A DNA stretch of 64,000 nucleotides from a virus, in IMG/VR virus record IMGVR_UViG_3300049830_000142, positions 70,589 to 134,588 of that record. The stretch is one strand, 5' to 3'. Both the position numbers and the translations under genes were made by a program. Every line of letters begins with the position of its first letter. Within the stretch, counting starts at the first letter, position 1. The notes below the pieces were generated by a model, which did no database searches, was not told where the DNA came from, and worked only from the letters and a program-made list of their open reading frames with translations. Shown piece by piece: positions 58,325-64,000 of the stretch.

Positions 58325-59779
58325 TTAATTGAAATAAAACGAGATTGTCTCTTTGATACCATCCTTGGATAGTACTAAGCAGTTCTGTCTCGCTCTACTA
58401 TGCAAACCTAGGTTGTCAGCATAGCGGTCTCCTGATACACAGCTACCAAAGATAACGTGCTCGAAACCTCTCATCTCCTCTTGTAAGAAGCGATGACGGT
58501 CTCCAGTTAGCATTAGTTTACTCTTAGCTCCCTGTAATATCTCTGGGTGCTCCATGAATAGGGCTTGAACATATGCTTCTTTAGGAGCTCCACTAGTAGG
58601 CATGATCGATTTTGCGAAATCTGATGCGCCGTGGTCCATAAGTATAGCAGTCGTTCCTACTCTAAAGCATCCTTGTCTAGACTTGAATAGGTTGAACTTG
58701 ATTCTAGGTTCATTCCTAAAGTAAGTCTGTATAGTCTTGAATAGTATCCAGTCTCCTACACCAGCATGGTTTCCCTTTACTGCATAGACTGTTACTTTCT
58801 TGAACATAGTAAGCAGGTTAAAGAAGAAATCATTCAAGCTATTCAATGCTAGCTCAAACTGTTCCTCTCTAAGCAAATCAGATTCCAATGGAGTGCCTTT
58901 GACAGTAAAGCCAGACAATCCATGTAGAATATCCCCTAAACTGCATACCACAACTTCATTGAATGGTAGTTTACGATTGTTTACTTCGTCATAGATCTGA
59001 CAAAAGTAACTATCCATAATGTCTTTAATTTTCTCACTATTGAAATCACTTCCAGAATAGAGCTCTTCTGAATTAGCTCTGCCTCCGAAATGTAAATCGC
59101 TCAAACCAATCAACAAAGTCTCATCCTTAGTTTTAGGACTACCTTTATAGATGATTGGTTTGAATGGTCTAGGCGTGTACTTCTCAATAACGCGCATAAA
59201 TGGATCTAGCTTAGCAGCTTCAAACAATCTCCAGCTTTCTGCATCTGCTTGAGTGCTTTTCCAATCTGCATGCTCTAATTCCTGTTGTAGCTCAGTGCGT
59301 CTAGTCTGCAATACTCTGTCAATTGCTTCCTTATCCTTTTTCTGGATAATCTCTTCAGTAGTAATCGGTACTGTGTCATGAGTCCAACCCATGATACGAA
59401 AGTACTCCACTACCCATTCTCTGCGCATCTTGTATAGTCTAGCTATCTGCGCTATGCTTTTCTCTCCACCCTGCCAATTAGAGTAAGCCGCTAACATCGC
59501 TCTGTGTTGATCACCGGGGCATACATAATCCCTACCATAGCTCTTTAATGGAACGATGTATTTATCGTTGAGCTCATTGTAGGTGTAGCCGTTTTGCTGA
59601 ACTACCTTGTCATTAGCTATGGATGGCAATGGTAAATTATTGGCCATCTTGTTGTATATTGCTTTAGCCTGTGCTTTATCACAGCTAAATTGTGCTTGTA
59701 GATAAGTGATGAAACCCTTCTTTGCACGTTTAAGCTTGATTGCGTTTGCTCTGATCGATTGGTATTGTTCGTTGGTCAT
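58325..59779 (-). CDS. Calcineurin-like metallophosphoesterase with N-terminal extension
   Basis: SDLHFG, LGDILHG, GNH, HG, GDRH motifs. Confidence 0.85.
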   Translation of the reverse strand: MTNEQYQSIRANAIKLKRAKKGFITYLQAQFSCDKAQAKAIYNKMANNLPLPSIANDKVVQQNGYTYNELNDKYIVPLKSYGRDYVCPGDQHRAMLAAYSNWQGGEKSIAQIARLYKMRREWVVEYFRIMGWTHDTVPITTEEIIQKKDKEAIDRVLQTRRTELQQELEHADWKSTQADAESWRLFEAAKLDPFMRVIEKYTPRPFKPIIYKGSPKTKDETLLIGLSDLHFGGRANSEELYSGSDFNSEKIKDIMDSYFCQIYDEVNNRKLPFNEVVVCSLGDILHGLSGFTVKGTPLESDLLREEQFELALNSLNDFFFNLLTMFKKVTVYAVKGNHAGVGDWILFKTIQTYFRNEPRIKFNLFKSRQGCFRVGTTAILMDHGASDFAKSIMPTSGAPKEAYVQALFMEHPEILQGAKSKLMLTGDRHRFLQEEMRGFEHVIFGSCVSGDRYADNLGLHSRARQNCLVLSKDGIKETISFYFN

Positions 59780-59885
59780 TGTATAATATGAAGGTTGTTC
59801 CTGAAGAAAAAGCCAGGGGGTGTCGGTTTCCTGATTTTCAATGTCTCAAACTTAGACAAATCATCGTTAAGTTGTTGATAATCAA

Positions 59886-60260
59886 TCATTTGCTAGTATT
59901 TTTATACTTTTTAGCTATTTTAGCTAAATGCTTGATATTCACTAACTTATGGATTTTTGATTGTCTGCTATGCAGATAATGTGGTACGAGCTCTAAAACC
60001 CTTGGTCGGGCTTCTAAGTAGCCTAAAACCTTATTGCACTGGTTATGCACAATACCTCTTACGACACCGGTTTTATGACAGTGGTCAACCACTTGGTCAT
60101 CACCTAACGGTTCATCACAAATAGGACAAGTATAACCTTGGAGTAATAGAGCTTCGCCATAAGCTTCTTTACAAAGGCCATACTTAGATTTTATCTGACT
60201 CCATTGTCGGTCAGGTAGAGGATACTTATCACGAGCGGCTGAATAGTTGTAGTCAGGCAT
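59886..60260 (-). CDS. Endonuclease VII-family homing endonuclease
   Basis: KYGL..Q...CPIC..VDHCH.TG.VRG..CN..LG; start trimmed to ATG 60260. Confidence 0.9.
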   Translation of the reverse strand: MPDYNYSAARDKYPLPDRQWSQIKSKYGLCKEAYGEALLLQGYTCPICDEPLGDDQVVDHCHKTGVVRGIVHNQCNKVLGYLEARPRVLELVPHYLHSRQSKIHKLVNIKHLAKIAKKYKNTSK

Positions 60261-60266
60261 TCCAGG

Positions 60267-60294
60267 AATATAACACACTTCGACAGTGTGTCAA
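60267..60294 (-). promoter_or_regulatory. Sigma70-type promoter, leaderless, palindromic spacer
   Basis: TTGACA-16-TATATT, ATG 6 nt later; acacact-tcgac-agtgtgt. Confidence 0.7.
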
Positions 60295-60300
60295 CTGGGA

Positions 60301-60732
60301 TTACGAATATGTTATGGAAGAATCTGTAACAGTAATCGTTTCCGCAGTAGATAAAACATCCAGGTCCTCAGATTGTTGAATCGTGAGTTGGACGTCAGCT
60401 AAGATGTTGTTTGCAGTTGTTTGAAGAAGAGTAGGATCAGATGAGATTAGTGAAAAAGTATTGTCGCGATAAAAGAATTCTCCTGGAGCTGGAGATTGCT
60501 GCTGTATGTCTTCGATCTGAGCTGGTGAAGCTACAGTCACAAAAGTGTCGTCGTATGTACCATCAGCTAATAAAATGCGTTGCTTGACAAACAAGAATGT
60601 GGTAATGTTAGTACCACTAGTTATTGTGTAGTCGACTCTGTAGTTGCCCGGTCTAGTTGATTTGGACTCTCTACGAGTAATTGTGACAGATTTCATATAG
60701 CTATTTATACCATATGAGCGACAAGCCATCAA
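60301..60732 (-). CDS. Hypothetical protein (start probably MKSVTIT, 60696)
   Basis: Beta-rich Thr-rich protein. Confidence 0.55.
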   Translation of the reverse strand: MMACRSYGINSYMKSVTITRRESKSTRPGNYRVDYTITSGTNITTFLFVKQRILLADGTYDDTFVTVASPAQIEDIQQQSPAPGEFFYRDNTFSLISSDPTLLQTTANNILADVQLTIQQSEDLDVLSTAETITVTDSSITYS

Positions 60733-61148
60733 GACGAAACGATAAAGCGTATCAACAAGCTTATTATTTGAGGAACAAAGATAAGCTCAAAAAACAAAAG
60801 AAACAGCAATATGCCAAAGTTCAAGATGAATACTGTAAACGTAGTACAACGTATTACTATCGAAATAAACCATACGTCTTAAAACAAATGCGAATTAGAC
60901 ATCTAAAAATTAGCTATGACATGACCACCGAAGATTACGATAAAATGCTCCTAACTCAAAACAATAGTTGTGCAATTTGTAAAGTAAATACAGACCTCCT
61001 AACTAAAATGTTATGTGTTGACCATGATCACAAAACTGGTAAAGTTAGAGGGTTGCTTTGCGACAGTTGTAATCGAGGATTAGGTTATTTCAAAGACAAT
61101 CCCGAGACAACAAAAAAAGCAACAGAGTATCTAACCAAACATCAATAA
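60714..61148 (+). CDS. Endonuclease VII-family homing endonuclease
   Basis: Y.MT.EDY..ML..Q...CAIC..VDHDH.TGKVRGLLC..CN.GLG.FKDN. Confidence 0.92.
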   Translation: MSDKPSRRNDKAYQQAYYLRNKDKLKKQKKQQYAKVQDEYCKRSTTYYYRNKPYVLKQMRIRHLKISYDMTTEDYDKMLLTQNNSCAICKVNTDLLTKMLCVDHDHKTGKVRGLLCDSCNRGLGYFKDNPETTKKATEYLTKHQ

Positions 61149-61150
61149 TT

Positions 61151-61888
61151 ATGGCTAAATCATCAAGTCAAATCAGTGGGGTCAGATCTGACCCAGGTCG
61201 AGAAATCAGACCAATCAGCAGCAGCGCAGTCGATGTCCAAAGCTTTGTCGTAGGTAAATACGATGAGTATGGGCATAGAAGGGCGAGTGGAGAAACAGCA
61301 GGTGGTACAGTAGAGGGTGAGAGACTTAAGAAACTAATGCAGAATAGTATGCAGACTAGAGGTGGCAATCTAATGCCAGGCTTTGTCATGACTACTATCG
61401 GACCTATGCGTGAACTCGATTATCGCAGGCTCACTGGTCAAATCGTACAACCAGAACCAGTAGCTCAGTTGCAGCCAACCAAAGCTTTGCGTAAAAAAAC
61501 TAAGACTGCAGAGGCTCCTACTATAGCTTTACCTACAGCTCAGCCTGTGTTACCAGTGCCTACGCTACATCAAATGCTTGACATACCTAAGTCAGCACCA
61601 CAAGCTTTGCCACAACCTACTTCAGCAAAAAATAAGAAAGTAGTTGAAATCATAGTAGATTTTGGTAAAATTAAATTAACGATTGATGAAATAACACTCG
61701 ATGACAGAATGACTATCTTAGTGTTTAGTCATGAAGATGATATTGCATTTGAACCTCAGTTGGGTGGAAAATTAATTATTTCATATAACGGAGCTAAAAT
61801 CAATACTATGTATGCAGGTAAATTTAACTGGTATAACACTAATCAACCAGTGCTAATATTTTTTAATGACCAATCTAAAAATTCATAA
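61151..61888 (+). CDS. Hypothetical protein with Pro/Ala linker
   Basis: 245 aa. Confidence 0.6.
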   Translation: MAKSSSQISGVRSDPGREIRPISSSAVDVQSFVVGKYDEYGHRRASGETAGGTVEGERLKKLMQNSMQTRGGNLMPGFVMTTIGPMRELDYRRLTGQIVQPEPVAQLQPTKALRKKTKTAEAPTIALPTAQPVLPVPTLHQMLDIPKSAPQALPQPTSAKNKKVVEIIVDFGKIKLTIDEITLDDRMTILVFSHEDDIAFEPQLGGKLIISYNGAKINTMYAGKFNWYNTNQPVLIFFNDQSKNS

Positions 61889-62627
61889 ATTAACAGGTAA
61901 ACCTAAGTCTGTAAGTCATAAATTAGCTATTGCTTTGGCCAACAAAGGAGTTAGTCGTGGAAAGAGTGTGCCAAAATCCCCAGAGCATCGAAGAAAAATT
62001 GCAGAGGCAAGAAAAAGTCAGGTTATGAGAAAAGGGTATAAACTTCCAAAAAGCCATGGTGAAAAAGTTAGCAAAGCATTAACCGGCAGAACTCTTACAA
62101 AGGAGCATAGACAAAACATTAGAGCAGGCTTACATAAAGCTAAAGACAAAATGGTTGCTGTAATGCTTGGAAGGTTTGCTGGTAATAAACATTGGAATTG
62201 GAAAGGTGGTATAAGCCCTGAAAATAATAAAATAAGACAATCAGGTAAGTATAAAGCCTGGATCCGAAGTGTGTTTACAAGAAACAATTATACCTGTAAA
62301 CTATGTAATAAGCGTGGTAGTAATCTCGAAGCCCATCACATTAAGGCTTTTGCTGCATATCCGCATTTAAGATTTGATATTAACAATGGCATTACACTAT
62401 GTTGTAATTGCCATAAAAAAGTGCATAATAACATGATTACAATTGAAGAAATCCTTAAGGTTGCAATAGAACCTGTACAAACTGATGCTAATGAAGAGCA
62501 TACCACTCCAGTACGCAAAGCTTATGATGCTGTTGTAAATGGTGCACAGACTGCCGGTGGTGCTCTAGTAGCTGGTGTAGCTGGACTAAATTCATTAGAT
62601 CAACATGCGCCAATGAAAACAATATGA
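61866..62627 (+). CDS. HNH endonuclease with NUMOD3-like repeats, fused to unrelated C-terminal segment
   Basis: H.NWKGGI, W...VF.R..Y.C..C, LEAHHIK, NGITLC..CH; then MITIEEILKVA.. tail. Confidence 0.85.
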   Translation: MTNLKIHKLTGKPKSVSHKLAIALANKGVSRGKSVPKSPEHRRKIAEARKSQVMRKGYKLPKSHGEKVSKALTGRTLTKEHRQNIRAGLHKAKDKMVAVMLGRFAGNKHWNWKGGISPENNKIRQSGKYKAWIRSVFTRNNYTCKLCNKRGSNLEAHHIKAFAAYPHLRFDINNGITLCCNCHKKVHNNMITIEEILKVAIEPVQTDANEEHTTPVRKAYDAVVNGAQTAGGALVAGVAGLNSLDQHAPMKTI

Positions 62628-62806
62628 GCTTTGAAAAGAACGGCATGGTTACTGAAAATAGCCAGAGCGATTTTGATCTTACCAAGAAAGCCAAGTACTA
62701 CGACGAGATGGGTACTGGTATAGCTGACGAGAACAACAAAGACAAGTTAACCAAGCCAGCAGCTATCATTGACTTCGAAGCAGTTAAGCATAAAAGTCCT
62801 AAATAA
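62624..62806 (+). CDS. Hypothetical protein
   Basis: 60 aa, ATGA-coupled. Confidence 0.55.
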   Translation: MSFEKNGMVTENSQSDFDLTKKAKYYDEMGTGIADENNKDKLTKPAAIIDFEAVKHKSPK

Positions 62807-62809
62807 AAT

Positions 62810-62837
62810 TTGACAATTAGTAAATCTGGATTACATT
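62810..62837 (+). promoter_or_regulatory. Sigma70-type promoter, leaderless
   Basis: TTGACA-16-TACATT, ATG 6 nt later. Confidence 0.7.
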
Positions 62838-62843
62838 ACCACC

Positions 62844-63119
62844 ATGCCTACTATTACAACTGGCGGAGGAACTTTTGAATCACTATCAGAAGCAGGCAAC
62901 CCACCTATGTCAGGTTGGGTTGTAGGTCACTACAATACATCTGGCCGAAAGCTTAGGGATGGCAGATCTACTGCTGCTACCTTAAACTTAGCCCCTAGAC
63001 CTGCTGTAGATATGGATGAACTAAGAAGGATAGTCAAGGAAGAGATCCTCCATGAACAGCAAGCACAAGCTAAAGTTAGAGTAGAGGTGGAAGAACGCAG
63101 GATGGACACAGATTTATAA
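62844..63119 (+). CDS. Hypothetical protein, tag ERRMDTDL
   Basis: Only + strand tagged gene; ends TAA, 1 nt before portal-like gene. Confidence 0.75.
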   Translation: MPTITTGGGTFESLSEAGNPPMSGWVVGHYNTSGRKLRDGRSTAATLNLAPRPAVDMDELRRIVKEEILHEQQAQAKVRVEVEERRMDTDL

Positions 63120-63120
63120 T

Positions 63121-64000
63121 ATGGCAAACGAGATCAACAATGGCGAGATACCCGGCTTCTTTACTGGAGGCTCTGGTGGTGCTGGTCAATTAAGATACAG
63201 CAATCCTTTCTATGGAGTGCCATATCAATTTTTACCACAGAACATTGACATGCAGTTGTGGTGGGCGAATCATTTCTTGTTTCGTTTCCCATTCTACTTC
63301 ACTGTCATCAAACGTGTAAGCAATTACTTTATCACTAGTCTTAAGATCGAGTGTGATGATGCCGAAGCTCAGAAGCGTTACCAAGAGATCTTTGAAGAGA
63401 TGCGTTGGAAAGAAGTATTGAGCATGGGTGGTATCAATCTATTAGCGCATGGTAATATGATGGCTACAATCGCCCAAGGTTTTGACAGGTTTATGCAATG
63501 TCAGACACCTGGATGTGGCCGTATTACTAATATCGAGAAGACTGATGACTATGAGTTTGGTAAGGAAGGTCATTACACCAAAGTTTGCAAGAGCTGCAAG
63601 ACTAAGGGACAGCACGAGATCATTGATAAGCCTAGCAAGAACTTAGAAAGGCTGCAGGTTATCTTTTGGGATCCTAAGGAGATCGTAGTTAGGTTCGATA
63701 GAGCTACTAATGCGTCACAGTACTTTTGGGATATTCCTCAAGAGTATAGCTCAAAGGTTACACAACCTAACAACAAATTTTTTAGTAAGAAGACACCGAA
63801 GCCTATTTATGATGCTATCTATAGCAAGAAGCTCATGGCTTTTAATGAAAAGAATTTCATTCATATCAAGGTACCAACACCAGCCGGTATGCCTCAAACT
63901 GGTAAGGCTGTTCCGTTCTGTATCTATATGTTCGATGACTTCTTCATGTTAAAGGTATTGGAGCGTTATAACCAATCCTTGATGTTCGAAGATATCATAC
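63121..64000 (+). CDS. Probable portal protein (partial; missing from ORF track because it runs off the window)
   Basis: Open from ATG 63121 to window end (293 codons); portal-like W.E.L...G..L..HGN segment; CxxxxC..CxxC insert. Confidence 0.65.
   Translation, partial: MANEINNGEIPGFFTGGSGGAGQLRYSNPFYGVPYQFLPQNIDMQLWWANHFLFRFPFYFTVIKRVSNYFITSLKIECDDAEAQKRYQEIFEEMRWKEVLSMGGINLLAHGNMMATIAQGFDRFMQCQTPGCGRITNIEKTDDYEFGKEGHYTKVCKSCKTKGQHEIIDKPSKNLERLQVIFWDPKEIVVRFDRATNASQYFWDIPQEYSSKVTQPNNKFFSKKTPKPIYDAIYSKKLMAFNEKNFIHIKVPTPAGMPQTGKAVPFCIYMFDDFFMLKVLERYNQSLMFEDII

Noticed and set aside
1134-61148. Homing endonucleases as group I intron-encoded ORFs
   Set aside because: Flanking genes are complete with their own starts and stops; no split exons or intron core recognised
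41620-63119. Tag as eukaryotic KDEL, PEXEL or class I PDZ ligand
   Set aside because: Sheath, baseplate and sigma-70 genes indicate a bacteriophage; Pro variants break the class I PDZ rule; resemblance judged coincidental
1327-63952. Many short overlapping or antisense ORFs in the track (e.g. 1327, 1359, 2528, 7892, 13300, 35634, 42253, 50491, 57469, 59779, 63710)
   Set aside because: Shadows of longer, motif-bearing genes; no independent signal
1-64000. tRNA, tmRNA or CRISPR arrays
   Set aside because: Intergenic gaps are short and none showed a cloverleaf or repeat-spacer pattern by eye; tRNAscan/Infernal could not be run

Overview
64 kb of a large, contractile-tailed (myo-type, probably jumbo) dsDNA bacteriophage genome, genetic code 11. 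1-31.3 kb (+): morphogenesis operon with major capsid, neck, tail sheath and tube, a -1-frameshifting tail chaperone pair, tape measure, baseplate, a phage sigma-70 factor, five tandem paralogous baseplate/fibre proteins and a trypsin-like protease. 31.3-40.4 kb (-): accessory tail-fibre/adhesin genes plus an outer-membrane protein/lipoprotein/patatin cassette. 40.5-60.7 kb (-): dense array of small accessory genes (Tyr phosphatase, HD hydrolases, macrodomain, DUF4326, shortened AroA, ParB-like, vWA, metallophosphoesterase). 60.7-64 kb (+): ends in a probable portal gene. Eight free-standing homing endonucleases are present. The main finding is a shared C-terminal octapeptide [ED]-R-[RQN]-[LIM]-[DE]-[TPQ]-x-[LI]-stop (consensus ERRLDTDL*) on 12 mostly unrelated accessory genes, one copy hidden in a -1 frame. 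It is conserved at protein level (all six Arg codons are used at the invariant R) and absent from every structural gene. One tagged frame also carries segments resembling this phage's own capsid and sheath proteins. No tRNA or CRISPR array was recognised.
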